This document shows positions 8,731 to 16,019 of a stretch of 45,163 nucleotides of DNA, one piece after another; position 1 is the stretch's first letter, and each line of letters begins with the position of its first letter. The notes beneath the pieces were generated by a model. That model worked only from the letters and a program-made list of their open reading frames with translations, was not told the origin of the DNA and did no database searches. Made by a program: the position numbers and the translations under genes. The DNA comes from an uncultured Bacilli bacterium (GTDB lineage Bacteria; Bacillota_I; Bacilli_A; RF39; UBA660), in NCBI GenBank assembly GCA_944350335.1, contig CALVOQ010000001.1, forward strand, positions 1 through 45,163, in the 5' to 3' direction.

Positions 8731-9819
8731 ATGAATTTGGAATACATTGTTATCTTATTGCTATTTTTAATTTTATTATTTATTATAATTACATTTTTAA
8801 AAATTAAAAGAGTAAATGAAAGTGATATATTTGAAAAATTATTAAAAATTGAAACCGAAATAATAAAGGAAATAAGTGATTTTAAGTTTGATTTTTCTAA
8901 AATTGTAAATAATGATTTTGATACTTTGCGTGGAGAGATTGAAAATAAACTTGTCCAAATTAATGACAAAGTAAATGAACGCATAGATGTTAATTTTGAA
9001 AAAACTAATAAAACTTTTAATAATGTATTAGAAAGATTGGCTAAAATAGATGAGGCACAAAAAAAGATTGACAACTTAAGTAATGATATAGTGAGTCTAC
9101 AGGGGATTTTAACTGATAAAAAAAGTCGTGGTATTTTTGGAGAAGTCAATTTAAAACATGTGTTATCTAGTGTATTTGGCGAAAAAAATGATAAAATTTA
9201 TAGATTGCAGTATACGTTGAGTAATAAGTATATCAGTGATGCCATTGTTTTCGGACCAGAGCCTTTAGGTAATATATGTATAGATTCTAAGTTTCCTTTA
9301 GAAAATTATAGAAACATGTTAGAAAAAGGTATAACTGCTGAAGAAAGATTAAAGCGTGAAAAAGTATTCAGAGATGATGTAAAAAAGCATGTTGATGCAA
9401 TTAGTGAAAAATATATCATTAGTGGTGAAACTAGTAATCAAGCAATTATGTTTTTGCCTGCTGAAGCTATCTTTGCTGAGATTAATGCTTATCATACTAA
9501 TTTAATTAGTTATGCGCAAAGTAAGAATGTATGGATTAGTAGTCCAACAACACTCATGAGTTTATTGACTATAATTCAAGCGGTTTTGATGGGATTGGAA
9601 AGAGATAAATATACAAGTGTGATTCATGAAGAGTTAAATAAATTGGGAGAAGAATTTGGAAAATATAGGCTTAGATGGGATAAATTATCTAGAAATATTG
9701 ACACTGTAAGTAAGGATGTAAAAGATATTCATATCACTACAGAAAAAATAACTAAGAGATTTGACTCTATAAGTCATGTTGAATTGAAAAATGAAAATGA
9801 TAATGAATTATTAAAATAA
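8731..9819 (+). CDS. rmuC: DNA recombination protein RmuC
   Basis: AGGTGA 5 nt upstream of ATG8731. N-terminal TM then coiled coil. KSRGIFGEVNLKHVLSSV, FLPAEAIFAEI and SSPTTLMSLLTIIQ match conserved RmuC blocks. Confidence 0.8.
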   Translation: MNLEYIVILLLFLILLFIIITFLKIKRVNESDIFEKLLKIETEIIKEISDFKFDFSKIVNNDFDTLRGEIENKLVQINDKVNERIDVNFEKTNKTFNNVLERLAKIDEAQKKIDNLSNDIVSLQGILTDKKSRGIFGEVNLKHVLSSVFGEKNDKIYRLQYTLSNKYISDAIVFGPEPLGNICIDSKFPLENYRNMLEKGITAEERLKREKVFRDDVKKHVDAISEKYIISGETSNQAIMFLPAEAIFAEINAYHTNLISYAQSKNVWISSPTTLMSLLTIIQAVLMGLERDKYTSVIHEELNKLGEEFGKYRLRWDKLSRNIDTVSKDVKDIHITTEKITKRFDSISHVELKNENDNELLK

Positions 9820-9855
9820 TTATGTTATATTATTCTTAGTAGGAGGTGAATTACT

Positions 9856-10593
9856 TTGATAGTAATAGTAGTTTTAATTTTATGTGTATTATTTTGTTCA
9901 ATTAAGGAAATTAATGAATATGAAAGAGGTGTGAAGTTTACATTTGGTAAATTCACAAAAATAATGAATCCTGGGTGGAATTTAGTTATACCTATTTTTC
10001 AATCATTTAAAAAAGTGGACATTAGAACAAAAGCTGTAGATGTACCTGAACAAGAAGCAATAACAAAGGATAACGTTTCTATTAAGATTAATGCTGTTTT
10101 GTATTATGAAATATTTGATGCTTCTAAATCAATTTTAGCAGTTGAAAACTTTAATTATGCTGTCAGTCAACTAGCACAAACAACGATGAGAAATATTGTT
10201 GGTACAGTAAGCCTAGATGAGTTGTTAACAGAAAGGGAAAAAATAAGTGAAAAAATATGTGAAATTGTTGATGCGGCTACTGATCCATGGGGAATTAAAG
10301 TTGCAAATGTAGAACTAAAAGATATAAGCTTGCCTGAAGAAATGAAGAGAGTTATTGCTAAAATCGCAGAGGCAGAGCGTGAAAAACAAGCGGTTATTAC
10401 CAAGGCCGCAGGCGAAGTGGAAGCAAGTAAAAATTTGGCATTGGCAGCTGAAACGATGGCAAAGTCTCCGGGGGCATTACATTTAAGGACTTTGTCAACT
10501 ATTAATGATTTGAGTAGCGATCAATCAAATACTATTATTTTTGCTCTACCTATTGAAGTTTTAAGGGCATTAGAAGGAATTAATAAGAAGTAA
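9856..10593 (+). CDS. SPFH/band-7 (stomatin-like, slipin) membrane protein
   Basis: AGGAGGTG 8 nt upstream of a TTG start. N-terminal TM. YERGVKFTFGKF, VDIRTKAVDVPEQEAITKDNVSIKINAVLYY and an Ala/Glu-rich helix (AKIAEAEREKQAVITKAAGE) are typical of SPFH. Confidence 0.85.
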   Translation: MIVIVVLILCVLFCSIKEINEYERGVKFTFGKFTKIMNPGWNLVIPIFQSFKKVDIRTKAVDVPEQEAITKDNVSIKINAVLYYEIFDASKSILAVENFNYAVSQLAQTTMRNIVGTVSLDELLTEREKISEKICEIVDAATDPWGIKVANVELKDISLPEEMKRVIAKIAEAEREKQAVITKAAGEVEASKNLALAAETMAKSPGALHLRTLSTINDLSSDQSNTIIFALPIEVLRALEGINKK

Positions 10594-10597
10594 TTCC

Positions 10598-10621
10598 TTT
10601 TTATTTACATGTAAATAAAAA
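10598..10621. repeat. Perfect 24-nt palindrome TTTTATTTACATGTAAATAAAA
   Basis: Read directly. 12-nt arms with no spacer, centred on ACATGT, 5 nt after the slipin stop. Either a weak AT-only terminator hairpin or a dimeric operator. Confidence 0.9.
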
Positions 10622-10649
10622 ATGTCAAATTATGTAAAATAAAAAAATA

Positions 10650-10678
10650 TTGTTTTTGATTTTAGTTTATGTTAAAAT
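10650..10678 (+). promoter_or_regulatory. Promoter candidate for the coiled-coil gene pair
   Basis: TTGTTT (10650-10655), 17-nt spacer, TAAAAT (10673-10678) preceded by TGt (extended -10). Confidence 0.4.
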
Positions 10679-10707
10679 TATTATAGGAAAATAAGGGAAG
10701 TGGCAAT

Positions 10708-11925
10708 ATGGATACTAATTATGAAGCAATTAGAAGTTTAATAGATATTTTAGTAAAAAAGGCTGGGTACGATGTCGATAAAAATTATTCTGAAAACGAA
10801 TTAAAGAAGACCAAGGAAACAATTACTAAATTAGAAAATGATGGGGAATTAGAAAAGAACACAAAAAAAGAGTTAATTGCAAACTTAAAAATAAGACAAG
10901 CCAGTTTGGAAAATAATGCCGAGGTTATTGGCAAATCGTTACTTAATTGTTTTAAAGATAAAAAGTCATATGTCGATGTCAGAGGTAAAGTTGAGTTTTT
11001 GTTTAATTTGGCTAAAAAAGAAGACGATGAAAAAAATGGTCAGTCTATAGTGAGTAGTATTTATTCTAAGTTAAAGGATTTAGAAGTTCAATATGCCGAG
11101 TTAAATACTAAAATAGAAAATAATAATTATCTTAATTTAGAAGAAAAAGATTTAGATATTAAAATGAAAGACTATTTAGTAAATAAAATAGATAATTATC
11201 AAAACGAAATATCTTTGTGTGAAGATGAATTGAAAAGACTTAAAGATATAAAGTATAAAGAAGAAACTTTAAAAGAAAAATTATTAGGTTATGTTGCTAA
11301 TGTAAAAAAAGATATAGAGGCGTTAGAGATGCTAAAAAAGTCTTCTTTAGATAAAGGTATTACATTAGAAGTTTGGGAAAAAATTGAAAACATTGAATTA
11401 AGTATAAAATCTAAATTAGAAAGAGTTTTAAAAACACTTAAAAAAACCGAGAATCTCTTAAATTCTGTTCAGGAAGATCAAAATAGATGTAATGAAAAAA
11501 AAGCGATGTTATTTAAAGAAATTGAGAGAAGCAATAATAAATTAAAACATGTTAATGATAGAATTAATGAAAATGATTATTTGGATTATGCTAGTAAAAT
11601 TAGAGATTTAAATAAAATGGAATTAATTAGAATCGAGTTAAACGAACTTAAAAATAAAAAAGATGTTATATATGTAAATGTTGATAAGGTTAAGGAAGAA
11701 TTAGTTAAAGAGTGGTCTAAAGGAAATAATGGTGTAGAAAGTGAAAATGAAACAATTGACTTGAAACCTAAAGTTGTAGATGGTGATTATAAACCTGAAA
11801 TAGAACAAGAAAAAATTATTAAAGAAGAAACTATAGAGGTGAAAAAGGAAATAAAAAAAGAAGACATAGTTGCTCAGGTACCTAAAGAGATAAAAACCAC
11901 TAATAAAATAGAATTGGATTGGTAA
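10708..11925 (+). CDS. Coiled-coil protein A (uncharacterised; paralogue of the next gene)
   Basis: 405 aa, with GGGAAGTGG SD-like upstream. K/E/L/N/I-rich heptad-like sequence throughout. No TM, signal peptide or P-loop. Head YEAIRSLIDILVKKAGYD is shared with the next ORF. Confidence 0.75.
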   Translation: MDTNYEAIRSLIDILVKKAGYDVDKNYSENELKKTKETITKLENDGELEKNTKKELIANLKIRQASLENNAEVIGKSLLNCFKDKKSYVDVRGKVEFLFNLAKKEDDEKNGQSIVSSIYSKLKDLEVQYAELNTKIENNNYLNLEEKDLDIKMKDYLVNKIDNYQNEISLCEDELKRLKDIKYKEETLKEKLLGYVANVKKDIEALEMLKKSSLDKGITLEVWEKIENIELSIKSKLERVLKTLKKTENLLNSVQEDQNRCNEKKAMLFKEIERSNNKLKHVNDRINENDYLDYASKIRDLNKMELIRIELNELKNKKDVIYVNVDKVKEELVKEWSKGNNGVESENETIDLKPKVVDGDYKPEIEQEKIIKEETIEVKKEIKKEDIVAQVPKEIKTTNKIELDW

Positions 11926-11940
11926 AAAGGAGTTGGAAAA

Positions 11941-13581
11941 ATGAATTATAAAGCATTGGAAGATTTAATTAATATATTAGTAAAAAAGTCTGGAACGGAT
12001 TTAGGTGTTCAAGTCGTTGGAAATGAAGTTGCTAGACTAGAAGATAAAAAGAAAAAGTTAGTTAAAGAGAAATCTAAATTGGATGACAAATTAGAAAAGG
12101 GCGACTATCTTTTACAGATTGACAAAGATAAAGATTCAAATGAAAAAAGTTATTTAGAAAAAATGATTAAACTGTTGAATCAAGAGAGAGATGAATATTC
12201 TACTGAACTTGAAGGTTTCAATCGTGTTTTAGAAAGTGGATATACTTATTTTAATTCATTGGAAAATGAATTAAACAAATTAAATAAATTAGCGAAAAAA
12301 CTTATGATAAAAAATGAAATGAAACCTTCTGAAGAGATTGAATCTGAATATAATAGCACTTTGGGAAAAATAAATGTTAAAGAAAAAGAAATTAATAGGA
12401 AAAAGTATTTAGAAGAAGAGATTGTTAGAGTTGATGATGAAATCAATGCAAATTCTATTAGATTGCGTGAAATTGAAAGAAAAATAGAAGAAAGCACTTA
12501 CATGGACGATTTATCTTTTAATAAAGATAGATTGATGTTAGAGAATTGCAAGAAAGAAATTGAAATTGTAGATTCTTCTATTGAAATGTGGAAGAATAGT
12601 GCTGAAGTGCTTGGAGGAAAAATTCTTGATGCTTTTAAGAGTGAAAAAGATGTAGATGATGTTAAAGAAGAAATTGATACTTTAGTAAAAATGGCAAATT
12701 GTGAACTAAAATGTACACAAGAAGAAATTAATGGTTCTAATATATTTGAAATAATTGATAATTATGAAAAATTAAGTGTTAATCTAAAAGGGAAAATTAG
12801 TAGTTATAATTACAATAACGAAGAAGAAAAAAATAGAATTGTAGTTAAACAAAATTATCATAAAGAGAAAATTAACAAATATAAGGATAACTTAGAAGGT
12901 ATAAATTCTAGAAAAGCTGAAGTATTAAATTTAATTAGTGTTAGTAAAAATCTAAGTGAAGATGTTAAACAAGCAAGAATGCTAAATGAGAATCAATTAT
13001 CACTTTTAGAATCGAGATTGTATAATGCTAATACTTTAGATGTTAGTGAGGAAGAACTTAAAGATATTGATACATTGATTGGTGAGATTAAGGTTGATAT
13101 TGAGAACTATAAATATCTTGAAAATGAATACATTGATGATATTTATGCTTATAAAGAAGAACTTAAAAATCTTGATATTAATTACTCAACTTTACAAAAT
13201 GAAATTGGTAAAGAGGAAAAGATTTTGGAAATACTTAATAGTGAGATTTCTAACAATGATATTTGTGAAAATAAAATTCATAAACTTGCAGATAGTGTAT
13301 TATTAATAGAATATAATGAGAGATTAAGATCGCTTAAAAATCAACAACAGTATCTATATGTAGACTCTAAAGTTATTAAAGAAGAAATCTATAATTTATG
13401 GAAACGTTCTAGTTCATCTGATAGGGACGAAATTGTTGAATCTAAATTGGGAGAGCTAGAAGAAATAACGGAAAATAAACTTGATGATTCGGAAGAAATA
13501 ACGAATGAAGAAAGTTCAGATAATCAAAACGAAATTGAAGTTTTAGATGATTTTGAATTTACTGATTTGAGTGAAAAATAA
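11941..13581 (+). CDS. Coiled-coil protein B (uncharacterised; paralogue of the previous gene)
   Basis: 546 aa, with AAGGAG upstream. Head YKALEDLINILVKKSGTD. Collinear shared modules with protein A. Acidic tail ending EVLDDFEFTDLSEK. Confidence 0.75.
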   Translation: MNYKALEDLINILVKKSGTDLGVQVVGNEVARLEDKKKKLVKEKSKLDDKLEKGDYLLQIDKDKDSNEKSYLEKMIKLLNQERDEYSTELEGFNRVLESGYTYFNSLENELNKLNKLAKKLMIKNEMKPSEEIESEYNSTLGKINVKEKEINRKKYLEEEIVRVDDEINANSIRLREIERKIEESTYMDDLSFNKDRLMLENCKKEIEIVDSSIEMWKNSAEVLGGKILDAFKSEKDVDDVKEEIDTLVKMANCELKCTQEEINGSNIFEIIDNYEKLSVNLKGKISSYNYNNEEEKNRIVVKQNYHKEKINKYKDNLEGINSRKAEVLNLISVSKNLSEDVKQARMLNENQLSLLESRLYNANTLDVSEEELKDIDTLIGEIKVDIENYKYLENEYIDDIYAYKEELKNLDINYSTLQNEIGKEEKILEILNSEISNNDICENKIHKLADSVLLIEYNERLRSLKNQQQYLYVDSKVIKEEIYNLWKRSSSSDRDEIVESKLGELEEITENKLDDSEEITNEESSDNQNEIEVLDDFEFTDLSEK

Positions 13582-13583
13582 TT

Positions 13584-13613
13584 AAAAAATCTATGTAAAT
13601 CATAGATTTTTTT
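13584..13613. terminator. Bidirectional rho-independent terminator between convergent genes
   Basis: AAAAAATCTATG / CATAGATTTTTTT: 7-bp core stem ATCTATG/CATAGAT, loop TAAAT, with an A-run on one side and a T-run on the other. Confidence 0.7.
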
Positions 13614-14429
13614 CTATAAAAATATTAGTATCGATAGCCCAAGTATTAGACAATATATACTAAAATAAATAAACTTTCCTTTTTTAACAACGTCCATGAA
13701 CCATTTTAATGTGAAATATGAAACAATAAATGATGCTATAAATCCTAGTCCATAAGGCAGTAACATTTCATCAAGATTTGGCATTGTTACTAAATCTTTT
13801 ATACCTAGTAGTGTTGTGCCGATACTTATTGGTATGTATAACATAAATGAATATTTTAATGCATTACTTCTTTTTATATTACAAAATAGTGCTGCGATTA
13901 AAGTAGAACCACTTCTGCTGATACCAGGTATTACAGCAATTATTTGAACTAATCCAATTATTAATGCATCTTTCCATGTTAAATCTTTATCTTCTTTCTT
14001 TCCCTTTATATTTCTTACTAAGTATAGGAATAGTGCAGTAATTAGAAATGAAACCCCAATTATTTTTGTACTATTTAATGAGTTTTCAATCTGACTCTTG
14101 AATAAAAAACCTACAATACCTATTGGAATTACACCTAAAATTATTAACCAACAATATTTATAATCGTTTCTTGTTGTTTCATTTTTATTTTTGAAATAGC
14201 TAAAAAAGTTTATTATTAATCTTTTAATATCTTTAAAATAGATAATTAAAATTGCGAGTAAACTGCCAAAGTTAACAATTATTTCAAAACTCAAATCTGT
14301 TAATTCACCAATATCTAGTATACTTCTTAAAATGTAAACATGGCCACTTGATGATATCGGTAGAGGTTCTGTGAAACCTTGTAATATACCTAATATTATA
14401 TATTTTAATATTTCTATCAATTTAACCAC
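13614..14429 (-). CDS. uppP: Undecaprenyl-diphosphate phosphatase
   Basis: 271 aa, polytopic. N-terminal GILQGFTEPLPISSSGH and later PGISRSGSTL are BacA/UppP signature blocks. Confidence 0.9.
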   Translation of the reverse strand: MVKLIEILKYIILGILQGFTEPLPISSSGHVYILRSILDIGELTDLSFEIIVNFGSLLAILIIYFKDIKRLIINFFSYFKNKNETTRNDYKYCWLIILGVIPIGIVGFLFKSQIENSLNSTKIIGVSFLITALFLYLVRNIKGKKEDKDLTWKDALIIGLVQIIAVIPGISRSGSTLIAALFCNIKRSNALKYSFMLYIPISIGTTLLGIKDLVTMPNLDEMLLPYGLGFIASFIVSYFTLKWFMDVVKKGKFIYFSIYCLILGLSILIFL

Positions 14430-14478
14430 CCATTAAATTATATAATAATATTTTCTATTTATAAATAAAATATTATAG

Positions 14479-14700
14479 GTGATTTACATGTTAATGAGAA
14501 TATTGATTTTTTTAATTGGAATTATTTTAACATCTGTTTCACTTTGTTTTTTAATAATTTATTTGAATTTATTTAATATGGGGTATAGTTTTTGGGAATA
14601 TGTTAATTTTATAATTAGAAGGTTAGAAATTGTTTGTGTTATACCCGGTTTGTTTTGTATTATTATTTCTATGATAAAAAGAAAGGAAAAATTGAAATGA
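14479..14700 (+). CDS. Small two-TM membrane protein (hypothetical)
   Basis: 73-aa ORF (GTG14479 after AGGTGA; alternative ATG14488). Two hydrophobic segments and a basic tail KRKEKLK. The stop overlaps the next start (ATGA). No family recognised. Confidence 0.45.
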   Translation: MIYMLMRILIFLIGIILTSVSLCFLIIYLNLFNMGYSFWEYVNFIIRRLEIVCVIPGLFCIIISMIKRKEKLK

Positions 14701-15332
14701 TCTATGTTTATGATTTGACTTTTAATTTTGGTGAAGAATTGTATGATTTTTATGATTGGAAGGATTCTGATAATATAACTCATTTTAGAAAGATACCTTT
14801 AATTAAGTTAAGTGAAAAAATATATAAAGCGTTTTTAAATAATAAAATTAAAGTAGATAATGAGTTATTATCTTTAATTAAAGATAAATCTCAGGAATAC
14901 AAGGGTAGGGCATTAAAAACAATTAAATATGCCGTGCTGTTTACTAATGGTTGTGACTGTTTTGGAGTTTTATTTGATAATGGAGGGCGCTCTACTTCTA
15001 AAACAAGATTGTTAGTTAGTGAAGAATTAGAGGTTTTAGAATTATCTAGTAATCTAAAAATGAACGATTACAAGTATAAAATTATATCTCATGAATTTGT
15101 TGATAATAAGTTTACTAGAAAGGAAAAGACAATTATTACTACATTTATTAATAAACTTGATATTTATAAAGATAATTTGGAATTACTACACTATTTGTAT
15201 TATGAGTTAAATGGCAAAATATATAATGGTAAAAATTGCTATGATGATTTGGTAAGTGATATTTCTTCTAAATACACTGATAAATTAGGTAAGTTACTAG
15301 AAATCTTAAATATTTATGCTAAGAATGTATAA
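14697..15332 (+). CDS. Hypothetical cytoplasmic protein
   Basis: 211 aa from ATG14697 (ATGA overlap with the upstream stop). The track start at 14634 would overlap the small ORF by 67 nt. No motif recognised. Confidence 0.65.
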   Translation: MIYVYDLTFNFGEELYDFYDWKDSDNITHFRKIPLIKLSEKIYKAFLNNKIKVDNELLSLIKDKSQEYKGRALKTIKYAVLFTNGCDCFGVLFDNGGRSTSKTRLLVSEELEVLELSSNLKMNDYKYKIISHEFVDNKFTRKEKTIITTFINKLDIYKDNLELLHYLYYELNGKIYNGKNCYDDLVSDISSKYTDKLGKLLEILNIYAKNV

Positions 15333-15373
15333 ATTAACAAATATTGTAAATGCTATTTACTGAGGAGGACAAA

Positions 15374-15937
15374 ATGAAAAAATTGTTTCTAATATTTGCA
15401 TTTTTACTAATAGTAGTTGGTTGTAGTTGTGATTTAAATATGAATACGCCTACTAAAAAAACAGAAGAGTTCTTGATGAGATACAAAGAATTAGATGAAG
15501 GAGTTTTAAGTGATTTGGAATTATCTAGTGAAGCAAGTGGTTTAACAACAACTGAACATAAAAATAAGTATATTGATATTATGAAAAGACAGTATCAAGA
15601 TATGACTTATGAGGTTACAGGTGAAAATATTGATGGTGATACGGCTTCTGTAGATGTTAAAATTAAAGTTTATGACTTATATAAAGCTAGGAAGAACGCT
15701 GAGAGTTACATAGACGATAATGAAACGGATTTCACTTTAGATGAATCAGGTAGTAGAGATGTGGAAAAGGTTAATGAGTATTTATTAGATGAGTTATATA
15801 AAACTGATGAATACGTAGAGTATACTATCACAATTGACTTAATTAAAGAAGATAATAAGTGGGTAGTAGAAGATTTAGATACTGAAACTAAAGAAAAATT
15901 GCATGGAACATATAATTATGAAAATGATGATAAATAA
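15374..15937 (+). CDS. Lipoprotein (hypothetical)
   Basis: GAGGAGG upstream of ATG15374. Signal peptide MKKLFLIFAFLLIVVG-C (lipobox). The acidic mature part has a shape common in small NTF2-like lipoproteins (DGDTASVDVKIKVYD, KWVVEDLD). Confidence 0.75.
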   Translation: MKKLFLIFAFLLIVVGCSCDLNMNTPTKKTEEFLMRYKELDEGVLSDLELSSEASGLTTTEHKNKYIDIMKRQYQDMTYEVTGENIDGDTASVDVKIKVYDLYKARKNAESYIDDNETDFTLDESGSRDVEKVNEYLLDELYKTDEYVEYTITIDLIKEDNKWVVEDLDTETKEKLHGTYNYENDDK

Positions 15938-15952
15938 TTTTACGTTTTTAAA

Positions 15953-15985
15953 GTATAGAATGAATTAAATTCTATGCTTTTTTTT
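15953..15985 (+). terminator. Rho-independent terminator
   Basis: GTATAGAAT / ATTCTATGC: 9-bp stem with one G-U pair, 7-nt loop, then T8 (15978-15985). Confidence 0.75.
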
Positions 15986-16019
15986 ATTTATATTTTATAA
16001 TTTAACTTGGTGATACGTT

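Noticed and set aside
8731-13581. rmuC + SPFH + coiled-coil genes considered as an anti-phage defence island.
   Set aside because: There is no accompanying ATPase, methyltransferase, helicase, TIR/SIR2 or other effector domain. rmuC and slipins are widespread housekeeping genes. The flanks are core genes with the same composition. The coiled-coil pair is kept as a finding on its own merits only.
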